A DNA stretch of 64,000 bases from a virus (IMGVR_UViG_3300049719_000225:34116-98115); one strand, 5' to 3'. Positions 39,520 to 48,096 are shown, counted from the stretch's first letter. Numbers and translations are program-made. Notes: generated by a model from the letters alone, not told the origin.

Positions 39520-39612
39520 TGGCGGAAGCGTGCAGGTTCGCACTGCGTCGGCTTGCGCCGAATGCGGCTTTCCAGACCGCCGGGACTCCTAATTGTCCTC
39601 CTTACTGCTTCC
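39520..39612 (-). tRNA. tRNA-Ser(GGA), 8/4 fold with bulge
   Basis: CT-GGA-AA loop, long V-arm. Confidence 0.8.
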
Positions 39613-39618
39613 GTGAAA

Positions 39619-39706
39619 TGGAGGAAGGAGTGGGATTCGCACCCACGGACGGTTGCCCGTCTCCAGTTTTCAAGGCTGGTGCAATAAGCTGCTCTGCCAC
39701 CCTTCC
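39619..39706 (-). tRNA. tRNA-Ser(TGA)
   Basis: Cloverleaf with CCA. Confidence 0.85.
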
Positions 39707-39709
39707 AAA

Positions 39710-39785
39710 TGGTACCGGTGGCAGGAGTTTCGCCCGCAACCCTCTGTTCCGAAGACAGATGCTCTATACGTTGAGCTACACCGGT
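39710..39785 (-). tRNA. tRNA-Arg(TCG)
   Basis: Cloverleaf with CCA. Confidence 0.82.
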
Positions 39786-39954
39786 GTATGGGGTGCTAGT
39801 TATATGAAAATAGCACCCATGAAAACGAAAGAAAAGATCGCTGAACTTACGCTGTTAAACCCTACTTGGGGTTACAAGCTTGTTTCGCGAATAGCGAATG
39901 GAATGGTACCCCCACCGAGACCGGTCCATCGCTATCTATGGGTACTGGGCGAGA

Positions 39955-40030
39955 TGGAGCTGGTCGTGGGACTTGCACCCACTGCCTGTAGTTTACGAAA
40001 CTACCGCTCTTCTATACGAGCTACACCAGC
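39955..40030 (-). tRNA. tRNA-Thr(CGT)
   Basis: Cloverleaf with CCA. Confidence 0.85.
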
Positions 40031-40035
40031 AAAAG

Positions 40036-40110
40036 TGGTCCGCATGGAAGGAATTGCACCCCCACTAAACGCTCCGAAGGCGCTTGTGCTATCTGTTACA
40101 CCACACGGGC
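40036..40110 (-). tRNA. tRNA (TCG anticodon), degenerate acceptor stem
   Basis: Cloverleaf with acceptor mismatches. Confidence 0.6.
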
Positions 40111-40115
40111 AAAAG

Positions 40116-40191
40116 TGGTCCCGGCGACAGGAGTTGCACCCGCATAGGGCCGCTTAGAAGACGGCTGCCTTTCTGTTCGAGCCACACCGGG
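40116..40191 (-). tRNA. tRNA-Arg(TCT)
   Basis: Cloverleaf with CCA. Confidence 0.82.
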
Positions 40192-40390
40192 AAATTCGTA
40201 GGGACCTCCAACTGGCTAGGAAGGAGTTCGGTCGCCAACCATCCCAAAGGAGGTGTTCACCCCAGGGGGTTTCACCCCATACCCTGGATGTAAACAGTTT
40301 GGTAAGTTTCGGCCATGGCCAAAAACATAGCCGTTGTGGAGATGCAGGGACGGTCGTTGGTCGTGTGTGGCGACGACATGGTCACCACCA

Positions 40391-40924
40391 TCAACCCACA
40401 GTGGATACAGTCGATGATGAGAGACATGCTGGTGCAGGATGCTGATGAGAAACAGGAGCAGACTTACGGCACCAGTTCCTCATGTACGAGGACTGAGCTT
40501 CCCTACATCGTTGACAGCGGCACTTGAACCGGAGGTAGGATCTCCGTGTGCCATGCTCCTGGGGCCTGTTTTGAAGTCTCACCCGTAAGTTTTCTCCGGT
40601 GACATGTTGTTTGAACTTTTCTATGTCAGAAAACCACAGGGGTTTGCCTACAGTTTTCTTTCTATGACAATTTGAGCATCTCACATCACACTTGGAAATT
40701 TCCTCAGAAATTTTGACCCAAGACACGGCGTTGCTTACCATTACGCTAACGTTGACCAACTTATCACACGGATTTTTATGGTCGAAATCTAACACCCGTA
40801 TATCCCGCTCACCGCAATCAACACAGGGGTGGGTTAACAGATGTTCTACGATACGAACCCTGTTGCTCAACCGATAGAGCTTCTGTAGAGCATAGATGTG
40901 TTTTCGCGATCTTCGTGACCTCAT
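40391..40924 (-). CDS. HNH homing endonuclease
   Basis: PCVDCGE.D.RVLDFDH..KCDVRCSNCH; HGT..Y..CRC. Confidence 0.85.
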   Translation of the reverse strand: MRSRRSRKHIYALQKLYRLSNRVRIVEHLLTHPCVDCGERDIRVLDFDHKNPCDKLVNVSVMVSNAVSWVKISEEISKCDVRCSNCHRKKTVGKPLWFSDIEKFKQHVTGENLRVRLQNRPQEHGTRRSYLRFKCRCQRCREAQSSYMRNWCRKSAPVSHQHPAPACLSSSTVSTVG

Positions 40925-40936
40925 ACACCGTAAGAA

Positions 40937-41012
40937 TGGTACCTCCACTCAGATTCGCACTGGGATTTTTTCCTTCGCAGGGAAATGTCCTATCTGGTTG
41001 GACGATGGAGGT
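40937..41012 (-). tRNA. tRNA-Arg(GCG)
   Basis: TTTCC-CTGCGAA-GGAAA anticodon arm. Confidence 0.78.
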
Positions 41013-41017
41013 ATAAG

Positions 41018-41093
41018 TGGGGCGATGTACGGGAATTGCACCCGCTTACCCGGCTTCACAGGCCAGTACACTACTGAATATGCTAACATCGCC
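41018..41093 (-). tRNA. tRNA-His(GTG)
   Basis: G-1:C73 pair; cloverleaf. Confidence 0.85.
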
Positions 41094-41163
41094 ATAAGTG
41101 GCGGGATTGGCCGTTGTTTCGGCCCACGCTGCAGCGCCCGATTCCGAGTCGGAACCCCGTAAG

Positions 41164-41239
41164 TGGAGCCCAGTGACGGATGTGCGCCGTCCATGTCCGG
41201 ATTACAAAGCCGGTCCATCGCTATCTATGGGTACTGGGC
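41164..41239 (-). tRNA. tRNA-Thr(TGT)
   Basis: Cloverleaf with CCA. Confidence 0.8.
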
Positions 41240-41315
41240 AAAGTGTATCGTATGGAATACAGGGATACGGCACAGAATTACGACCGTCCGGTTTGGTATT
41301 GCATACGATGCAAGC

Positions 41316-41391
41316 TGGAGCTAGTGACTGGATTTGCACCAGCTGCCTGCGGTTTACGAAACCGCCGCTCTTCTAAACGAGCTACACTAGC
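41316..41391 (-). tRNA. tRNA-Thr(CGT), second copy
   Basis: Paralog of 39955..40030. Confidence 0.85.
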
Positions 41392-41395
41392 AAAG

Positions 41396-41470
41396 TGGTC
41401 CTCACGGCAGGGGTTGCACCTACATCCAAGCGATTATGGGTCGCCTGCTCTACAATTAAGCTACGCGAGG
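41396..41470 (-). tRNA. tRNA-Met/Ile2(CAT)
   Basis: Cloverleaf; C at position 33. Confidence 0.78.
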
Positions 41471-41676
41471 AAATTAGATTGCGGACAGGGCCGGGCATTA
41501 CCCGAGGACCTGTCCGCTTTATTTTCTAGGTTATTCCATGTAGTCGAGTGCCGCAATGAGCGACAACCCTGCCACACAGACGATACCGGTGATGAGGTCG
41601 ATCATCGGTGTCCTTTCATGTTGTAGCCCGCACGCTAGGTTTGGGCTGTTGATCGTGCCAAGGGCAGGCACGAAGG

Positions 41677-41753
41677 TGGTGCCGAGGAAGGGTCTTGCAC
41701 CCTCACTGGCGCAGATTTTAAGTTTGCGGCCTCTTCTTTTGGGCTACCCCGGC
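41677..41753 (-). tRNA. tRNA-Leu(TAA), short variable arm
   Basis: Cloverleaf with CCA. Confidence 0.78.
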
Positions 41754-42296
41754 AAAAAACTGTAGCCACTCTGGGTCTTCCTTTGGAATCCATCCCTGAG
41801 CGAACATTTTTGTCATTGTTTTTGAAGTTCCTTGGGGAAGATCAAACAACTTCATCAACCGATATGATCCATTTTTCTTTCCAGTGCTAGCAGGACGCTG
41901 GTCAAAAACTTCTTGAGCTTTCCACCAATGGTTTTCTCCCACGTTAGGGTTGTCCCACGGACGTTTGAGGAGGCTCGGGTTGCACTTCCCGCGCATACGG
42001 TCTGAAAGATTCTTACGAAGCAAATCACCAAGGGGAGTATCGTACAAATCTTTGGCATTTTCAGCGGGAGTGCCCCAGTACAAATGGCGAGGATTGGAGC
42101 ACGCAGCATTATGGCAGGCGTGACAGCATTGTATTTTGCTTCTCTTTGGAACAGTCGTTTTCAGATAATGGGCGAGAAGCCCTCGGCATGAGACAGAGTT
42201 TGTGCCTATTTCTACACAAGACTCTTCCAAGTTCAGATGCCGCTGACGATCTTCTTTTATCTGAGTGATGTATTCCTCTATGGGACGATAGGTCAT
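41718..42296 (-). CDS. HNH / His-Cys-box-like homing endonuclease
   Basis: CCHACHNAACSNPRHLYWGTPAEN. Confidence 0.85.
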   Translation of the reverse strand: MTYRPIEEYITQIKEDRQRHLNLEESCVEIGTNSVSCRGLLAHYLKTTVPKRSKIQCCHACHNAACSNPRHLYWGTPAENAKDLYDTPLGDLLRKNLSDRMRGKCNPSLLKRPWDNPNVGENHWWKAQEVFDQRPASTGKKNGSYRLMKLFDLPQGTSKTMTKMFAQGWIPKEDPEWLQFFAGVAQKKRPQT

Positions 42297-42549
42297 GGTC
42301 TAACTACCGTCTACTATTTTTGTTTACTAATGTCCAGAAAGCAAGGGTTGGGCATCCAGTGTCTGGCAGGTTGCAACCCACCTGTCTTTGATGGTGGGCT
42401 GTGCGTCCACCCGACTGCGCGTCCGCAGTCGTACTCCCCAACTACCTCAGAGTGGTCTGCGCCCTCAGGCCTTCAGGTCGTTTCGCTTATCGCCGCCATA
42501 CCAGGCAGCGGGCTACTCCACTTATCCGGTGTTCCGTACAGGCGCAGAG

Positions 42550-42634
42550 TGGTCGCCCAGGAGGGAATCGCACCCTCACGCCCGAAGGCACGCCGTTTTG
42601 AGTGGCGCATGTCTACTGTTCCAATCACTGGGCG
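42550..42634 (-). tRNA. tRNA-Leu(CAA)
   Basis: Cloverleaf with V-arm. Confidence 0.85.
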
Positions 42635-42637
42635 AAA

Positions 42638-42711
42638 TGGCGCCCGCGCGGAGAGTCGCACTCCGATTACAGCCTTGAGAGGGCCGTGAACTACTCTTAT
42701 TCGACGCGGGC
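42638..42711 (-). tRNA. tRNA-Glu(CTC)
   Basis: Cloverleaf with CCA. Confidence 0.82.
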
Positions 42712-42715
42712 AAAT

Positions 42716-42793
42716 TGGTCCCGGGAACAGGATTCGCACCCGCACGCCTTTCGGCAGGAGATTTTCCCGCGTCTACTCTTCCACCACCCCGGG
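42716..42793 (-). ncRNA. Leu-type tRNA body with collapsed anticodon loop
   Basis: GGGA-AAA-TCTCC replaces the anticodon arm; V-arm, T-arm and CCA intact. Confidence 0.65.
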
Positions 42794-42824
42794 AAATCGT
42801 GCTGAGTTTGTGACAATACCAGAG

Positions 42825-43481
42825 CTAAATGGTCCGAAAATAATAGGCATCGGCACTGTTGTCCCAGCGGCACTCATACCCCATATCCTGCAGCACCTGC
42901 TTCAGGTCCTTCATTGAGGCCCCTCCAGAGTAGTGTCCAAAATCTGCAGTTTCATTGACCTCCAAGAAAATAATCCGGGGCCTCAGGGACCCGAGGCCCC
43001 TGAGCACGAAAACCTCAGCCCCCTGAACATCAATCTGGATGATGTCTATGGTGATGCCAGCGCGCCTGCAGAACTCATCCAGTCTCACACTGGGTACGTG
43101 GGTTGGGCTGTCGGTAAACCCTGCCGTTGTTCCGTGTTGGCCCAGCCGTTCAGCCCTCAGCTTTTCAGTCGATGGGAGAATTGAGCCGCTCGCCCTATTG
43201 GGGTCACTAGGAATGTTTGGCCAGAAATCCACCCCATTTTCATGGTCAGTGACAGCGGCCTGCACGAGTTCCACGCCTGTACCCTCCAGGAAAGTCCTGG
43301 AATATGCGTAGTTTACGGTGTCACACTCAAAGGTGATCACCCGTGCATCTGGATACCGTTTCTTGAGGCTGAGGGCCTCATCACCGTCGTAGGTGCCCAC
43401 CTCCACGATCACCCTTGGTGGAACGCCCAGGGCGTCGAACTCACTCAGTGCCAATTCAAATCCTGGGGAACAGAAGCTCAT
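42825..43481 (-). CDS. FkbM-family methyltransferase
   Basis: VEVGTYDG, RLDEFC, IQIDVQGAE..VLRG. Confidence 0.9.
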   Translation of the reverse strand: MSFCSPGFELALSEFDALGVPPRVIVEVGTYDGDEALSLKKRYPDARVITFECDTVNYAYSRTFLEGTGVELVQAAVTDHENGVDFWPNIPSDPNRASGSILPSTEKLRAERLGQHGTTAGFTDSPTHVPSVRLDEFCRRAGITIDIIQIDVQGAEVFVLRGLGSLRPRIIFLEVNETADFGHYSGGASMKDLKQVLQDMGYECRWDNSADAYYFRTI

Positions 43482-43705
43482 ATGCCTAACTAGAATAGTT
43501 CCGCCTCAGGTCGCTCAGCAGACATCCACGCTTCCTGTCGCACTTACCTGCCGGGTAATTACTCCCAGATGCCAAGGTGCGATTATGTGAGCTGGCACAT
43601 CAAAGCTTCTACTCACGACGGTCGTGGTACTCTACTGCCCTCAGTGACGGATTGGTCGGCATGAGGGGAATCGCACCCCTCTTACGGAACACGCATGCCG
43701 GTGAT

Positions 43706-43789
43706 TGGTGCCCTAGGGGAGAGTCGCACTCCCAAGGCTCACTCCTTCTAAGGGAGGCCGCTCTTCTATTCGCGGTGAACCACACGGGC
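43706..43789 (-). tRNA. tRNA-Leu(TAG)
   Basis: CTCC-CTTAGAA-GGAG anticodon arm. Confidence 0.72.
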
Positions 43790-44542
43790 AAATTGTCTAT
43801 TCCAGTAACCTCGGGGTTTGGTTTGCACTCCAAGTTCGTGGCAAAGTTTCCTGATAGCCGTTTCACCTACACCATATTCTTTGGCGATGTGGGTTATGGG
43901 TTTACTATCAATAGTGCTCTGAAGCTGTTCGCGTGTCGGTCGCTGAAACTTTTGTGAGCCTGCGTGAGAGCAGGTATAGGAGCAAAAGCGTGGTCGTGTT
44001 GTGGGCGTGCCACAGTGAGCACATGGCTTAATGAGTTTAGCTTTAAGCCGTCCCATACGAAGTTTCATTTTTGGTGGATTGGGTTGTCGTTTCCTCGGAC
44101 GTTGGCTGTGGCAATTTGGGCAAATAAACTGCACATTTTCTGGGCGACAGTCATAGGTCACGCCATCTCGATGATCAACTTCAAGCACCAGAGGTTTAGA
44201 GTTCCAGACATCGGCAATACCACAAACTTCACATTTATACTCCCGTCCTGATTCTACCAAAGCACGGCGTAGATTTTGGGCTCTGGTACGGTCCCCATTA
44301 TGTCTGTTGAACACTAGCACTTCTTTCCAATGTAATTTGTTAGGTCCTCCTCGATGGTTTGGCCCTCGATTAGCTCTTGAACCAAGAAAATGGGCAGTGC
44401 TGATACCAAACCTCTTTATGAGAGATTTAATGTGCTGATGACGGCCCCCAGTGACAGGAAAACCAAGTCGTCGTATCACCTCTGAGACAGAGATAGACTG
44501 GGCCACGGCGAGTTGCATTTCAGTTTTAGAGTAAACACGCAT
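43766..44542 (-). CDS. HNH homing endonuclease with HTH
   Basis: CEVCG..WNSKPLVLEVDH.DG..ICPNCH. Confidence 0.88.
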   Translation of the reverse strand: MRVYSKTEMQLAVAQSISVSEVIRRLGFPVTGGRHQHIKSLIKRFGISTAHFLGSRANRGPNHRGGPNKLHWKEVLVFNRHNGDRTRAQNLRRALVESGREYKCEVCGIADVWNSKPLVLEVDHRDGVTYDCRPENVQFICPNCHSQRPRKRQPNPPKMKLRMGRLKAKLIKPCAHCGTPTTRPRFCSYTCSHAGSQKFQRPTREQLQSTIDSKPITHIAKEYGVGETAIRKLCHELGVQTKPRGYWNRQFARVVHRE

Positions 44543-44572
44543 GATAGTAACTAGCGTACTTACTAGAACGAT

Positions 44573-44657
44573 TGGTCCCGACGAGAGGACTCGCACCTCC
44601 AAGGTATTTCTACCGCTACGTTCTGAGCGTAGTTCGTTTACATTTCGACACGCCGGG
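44573..44657 (-). tRNA. tRNA-Leu(CAG)
   Basis: Cloverleaf with V-arm. Confidence 0.82.
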
Positions 44658-44714
44658 AAAGTTTACTGGAACGCTATGTTTTACTGCTCAGTAAAACTAT
44701 GTTTTGGTGTAGAA

Positions 44715-44799
44715 TGGTGCGGATGACAGGCTTCGCTCCTGCACGGTGTTACCCCAACGCTTCTCAGGCGCTGCTGTCTACTAATTTCAGCACATCCGC
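44715..44799 (-). tRNA. tRNA-Leu(GAG)
   Basis: Cloverleaf with V-arm. Confidence 0.82.
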
Positions 44800-45154
44800 G
44801 AAATTGGTTACATTGGATTGGTGCGCTTCACAGTGGTCTGCGCGGCGGTGCGCCAGAAGGCGCGGAAATTGGGTTCATTGGATTGCGCTGCTGTGCAGGG
44901 CGTAGCAGTGCATAGCGTCGGGAAATTGGGTTCATTGGATTGCGCGGCGTGGCCGCTCAGTGCCCAGCGTAGCATTGCGTGGCTGTGCTCGGCTGTGCAT
45001 TGCTACGATTCGCACGGCGAGGAAATTGGTTACATTGGATTGCGCGGCGTGGCTTGGCAGTGCTGTGCTCTGCATTGCATCGCCGAAATTGGTTACCTTG
45101 GATTGGATGGATTGCATTGCTCAGCGTAACGCTGCATGGCGAAGACCGAAATTA
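44800..45154 (-). repeat. CRISPR-like array: five 21-nt repeats separating pentamer-periodic (NNNGC) tracts
   Basis: GAAATTGG(T/G)T(A/T)C(A/C)TTGGATTG at 44800, 44865, 44922, 45022, 45085; intervening tracts of 44, 36, 79, 42, 42 nt. Confidence 0.9.
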
Positions 45155-45739
45155 CATCTTGATGGGCGTCCAGTGGATCACCTTGAACTTGCCGAACGGT
45201 CCCTTGCGGTCGGGCCTGAAGTCGCCCAGGCCTATCTTGCTGCCTGCGTGGTCAACCAACGTGCGGACCAGGTCGATGGCGGCCTCGGACTCGTCCAGCG
45301 TGAGGGTGAAGGCGAGATTCCAGGTGTCGAAGCGAGGCCTGTGGGCCATGATGCGACCGTTGGTGTTGGGGTTGACGACAGACCGGCTGTCCACCTCGAA
45401 GTCCTTGACCCGCTTGCCGCCGCTGGTGAGCGGGCACTCAAGCTCGTCCAGGGCCAGGAAGGACGGCACCAGGCTGCTCTTCTGGGTGGTCACCTTGCTC
45501 TTGCCGCTCTTCAGGTACTTGCCCGCGTCGATGATGCAGCGGAACATGTTGGGGCCAGGGATGAACATGTAGCCGTCCTTGTTCTTGTAGGCCTTTGTCT
45601 CGGCCTGCTCCCGGGGTATGCCTTTGTCTCCTCTAAGAGCGGAACGGTGGCCACCCTCGACTTGCCGTTCAGCTGCCTCGGTGAAGCGATTCATCAGCAG
45701 GGGTGTCGTGCCCTGGATCTCTACCTTGATGGTTGTCAT
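45152..45739 (-). CDS. stand-alone RAMP/Cas7-like protein (copy 1)
   Basis: IQGTTPLLMN, FIPGPNMFRCI, RPRFDTW, G-rich loop AGSKIGLGDFRP..GPFGKF. Confidence 0.75.
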   Translation of the reverse strand: MTTIKVEIQGTTPLLMNRFTEAAERQVEGGHRSALRGDKGIPREQAETKAYKNKDGYMFIPGPNMFRCIIDAGKYLKSGKSKVTTQKSSLVPSFLALDELECPLTSGGKRVKDFEVDSRSVVNPNTNGRIMAHRPRFDTWNLAFTLTLDESEAAIDLVRTLVDHAGSKIGLGDFRPDRKGPFGKFKVIHWTPIKM

Positions 45740-45783
45740 GCGGAGAGGTTGGATCACAGGTTCCTGTTTTGTAAACAACAAAA

Positions 45784-45858
45784 TGGAGGTCCCATCCAGA
45801 GTTGCACTGGACCAACCCGAATACCAATCGGGAGCTACGCTAGCTTAGCTTTGGGACC
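45784..45858 (-). tRNA. tRNA-Thr(GGT)
   Basis: Cloverleaf with CCA. Confidence 0.8.
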
Positions 45859-46374
45859 ATATCGGTAAGTACGCACGCTAATGTTTCTTCTGCCAAAATT
45901 TTTAGTGAGGGAGTGGCAGTTTGGGCACAAAACCTTAAGGTTTTCCGGTCTGCTATTTGCTGCATTTCCATCTTCATGGTGAACTTGGACTGGTATGTTT
46001 TTGGTGAACTCGTTGACCATGTTCCACCCGCATTTCTCACACTTATTACCCGCCCTCTCCAGCACCCAATCCCTAACGGGGTCCTTTAGATCAAAATTAC
46101 CCGTATCATAGTGACCCTGTATCTCTCCCTTTAGCCACCCCTCTACGAGAGAGCGGGACTTCTTTTTTCGCTGGAGAGAAATGATTTCAGGAAAACTCAG
46201 AAAGTGGTCGGTGCTTACTCCCCTTTCAAGACACACTTTTCTAATTAAATTAATAATGGACTGGCATTTAGTCTTATAGCCGAGATTACTGACGGCCTCG
46301 GATATGTGGGTGCTACCCGAAATGATAGCCTGAAGTTCCTCTAGGGGCATCTTGTACAATTTAGATATTATCAT
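45835..46374 (-). CDS. HNH homing endonuclease
   Basis: KCEKCGW..VQVHHEDGN..NL.VLCPNCHS. Confidence 0.88.
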   Translation of the reverse strand: MIISKLYKMPLEELQAIISGSTHISEAVSNLGYKTKCQSIINLIRKVCLERGVSTDHFLSFPEIISLQRKKKSRSLVEGWLKGEIQGHYDTGNFDLKDPVRDWVLERAGNKCEKCGWNMVNEFTKNIPVQVHHEDGNAANSRPENLKVLCPNCHSLTKNFGRRNISVRTYRYGPKAKLA

Positions 46375-46418
46375 AGCGTAACTACTCCTAATATCGAAAG
46401 AACTGCGCTACCATAAAA

Positions 46419-46490
46419 TGGTCGCAGGCACGGGTGCTGCCCCCGCTTGACAGACCTTATGAGAGTCCGCTGGTTGCTGAACCTCCTGCT
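46419..46490 (-). tRNA. tRNA (CAT), reduced D-arm
   Basis: CT-CAT-AA loop; CCA. Confidence 0.6.
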
Positions 46491-46495
46491 ACAAC

Positions 46496-46571
46496 TGGTG
46501 GACCCGGTGGGCTTTGCTCCCACGACCTACTGATTAAGAGTCAGCTGCTCTGCTGGCTGAGCTACGAGTCC
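46496..46571 (-). tRNA. tRNA-Lys(CTT)
   Basis: Cloverleaf with CCA. Confidence 0.87.
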
Positions 46572-46618
46572 AAATTATCACGTACACCATATAAAAGCGG
46601 TTTATCCTGTTTACGAGA

Positions 46619-46694
46619 TGGTACCCCAGACAGGATTCGCACCTGCAACCTTCTCCTTAGGACGGAGTTGCTCTATCTTTTGAGCTACTAGGGT
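46619..46694 (-). tRNA. tRNA-Arg(CCT)
   Basis: Cloverleaf with CCA. Confidence 0.83.
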
Positions 46695-46753
46695 ATAATT
46701 GTTTTGCCGTTTTACGGCGGTGGCAGTTGGTGCACCTAACTACAGACAGTATG

Positions 46754-46829
46754 TGGTGCCCCCGCACGGACTCGCACCGTGATCTCAGCCTTCGGAGGGC
46801 CGTATTCGATCTAGTTGAAATACGTGGGC
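46754..46829 (-). tRNA. tRNA-Arg(CCG)
   Basis: Cloverleaf with CCA. Confidence 0.82.
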
Positions 46830-46837
46830 AAATAAAT

Positions 46838-46913
46838 TGGTGGGCTCACGGGGATTCGCACCCCGAGTCGTCGGTTTAAAAGACCGCTGCTTTGACTGTT
46901 TAGCTATGAGCCC
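46838..46913 (-). tRNA. tRNA-Lys(TTT)
   Basis: Cloverleaf with CCA. Confidence 0.85.
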
Positions 46914-47027
46914 GTAAAGGACACGAGGATGGAGAATCGAACTCCAAAGGGACCATCGCTCAGTTGGCTTACGCAACGCCTTCTGACCTTGGTGCGTTTC
47001 CCCTCACCAGACCCGTGAAAGTTTTGT

Positions 47028-47414
47028 GACGGCAAATAGCCGCGATTCTGTCAGGTTCCCATTTCTGGGCACATCAGGCTGGCGGGCTCCACTGCAATGG
47101 TGCCACCGCAAGACCAATTTCCTGTGCTGTACATTTGACTAAGCAGCAACCCGGCTTCACAGGGGAGCACTACCCTCAGCCTATTTGCCTTGCACCTACC
47201 GCCACCAACGTGGGTGGTGGTAATGACGAGTGCAAGCACTCTCCCACCGAACGGCTGCTCAGGTGTCGCGAACTTCCTCAGGTTGGGCTGGTTTCCCCTG
47301 CAGCGTGGACCTTGCTCAACCCGCGTACAACTATGCCTGTCACAAAGGGAGGCGGCTGGTGCCCTGAGGGTTTCACCCGCCCCGCGAGTTTTACACGGGG
47401 ATTGCGTTGCCGCC
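47028..47414 (-). ncRNA. rnpB: RNase P RNA
   Basis: P1 GGCGGCAA/TTGCCGTC; GAGCAAGGTCC (CR-I-like), GGTGCAAGGCAAATAGG, ACAGAATCGCGGCTA (CR-V-like). Confidence 0.82.
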
Positions 47415-47417
47415 AAA

Positions 47418-47491
47418 TGGCTGCGGAGGCTGGATTCGCACCAGCACTAGACGGGTCAAAGCCGCCGGGCCTACTATTAACCTACTCCGCA
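47418..47491 (-). tRNA. tRNA-Gln(TTG)
   Basis: U1-A72; cloverleaf. Confidence 0.83.
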
Positions 47492-47497
47492 ATGAAA

Positions 47498-47574
47498 TGG
47501 TCAGGGTGACAGGACTTGCACCTGCATAATTTCCGTTCCGAGCGGAATCGCCGACTATTTGGCACCACACCCTG
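47498..47574 (-). tRNA. tRNA-Pro(CGG)
   Basis: Cloverleaf with CCA. Confidence 0.8.
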
Positions 47575-47580
47575 ATAATT

Positions 47581-47643
47581 CGAGGGAACAAACGGACAGG
47601 GTATTGTTTCGTTCACGGAAGTAACCCTGACCTACGCCACTCG
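47581..47643 (-). ncRNA. Y RNA-like element 2 (minimal)
   Basis: CGAGTGGCGTAGGTCAGGGTTACTTC..ACCCTGTCCGTTTGTTCCCTCG. Confidence 0.72.
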
Positions 47644-47697
47644 AAGATAAACCAGCCCGAGGCCGTTGATCATACGGCGGGTCAGGATGACAGGAAA

Positions 47698-48096
47698 TTA
47701 TTTCTTCTCCAGATGCGAGTCGCTCGTCGCACCGAGCACCTTCTCAATCAGCATCGACACCTTCATGCCGAACAGGGATCCAGCCACAGTGGCGATGGTG
47801 TAGGGGATGAAGAGGGTGAAGCTCATGTTGGCCGTCACGAGGCGCTGGAACGTGAGGAACCAGATGCCGTTCGAGAACACGGCGGCGATCATGTGGTAGG
47901 TCATGTTGTCGCGGTTGCGGCTGCGGCTGACGATGGAGAAGCTGACGTTTTGAGCGAAGGCCAGCAGCATCAGGATGCCAGCACCCGTGATGTAGAGCAA
48001 GAAGGTGTCCCTTTTCAGAGTGAGGAGAAGGATGCCTAGCCAGATGGCTGTGGCGGCAACAAGCGTGTAGGCGAGGTTTCTCTCGGAGGACTTCAT
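47698..48096 (-). CDS. small multi-pass membrane protein
   Basis: Hydrophobic helices; AFAQN.SF..VSRSRNR. Confidence 0.7.
   Translation of the reverse strand: MKSSERNLAYTLVAATAIWLGILLLTLKRDTFLLYITGAGILMLLAFAQNVSFSIVSRSRNRDNMTYHMIAAVFSNGIWFLTFQRLVTANMSFTLFIPYTIATVAGSLFGMKVSMLIEKVLGATSDSHLEKK

Noticed and set aside
44800-45154. Canonical CRISPR array
   Set aside because: Intervening tracts are pentamer-periodic and of unequal length (36-79 nt), the repeat is 21 nt and non-palindromic, and there is no cas1/cas2. Kept as a non-canonical array instead.
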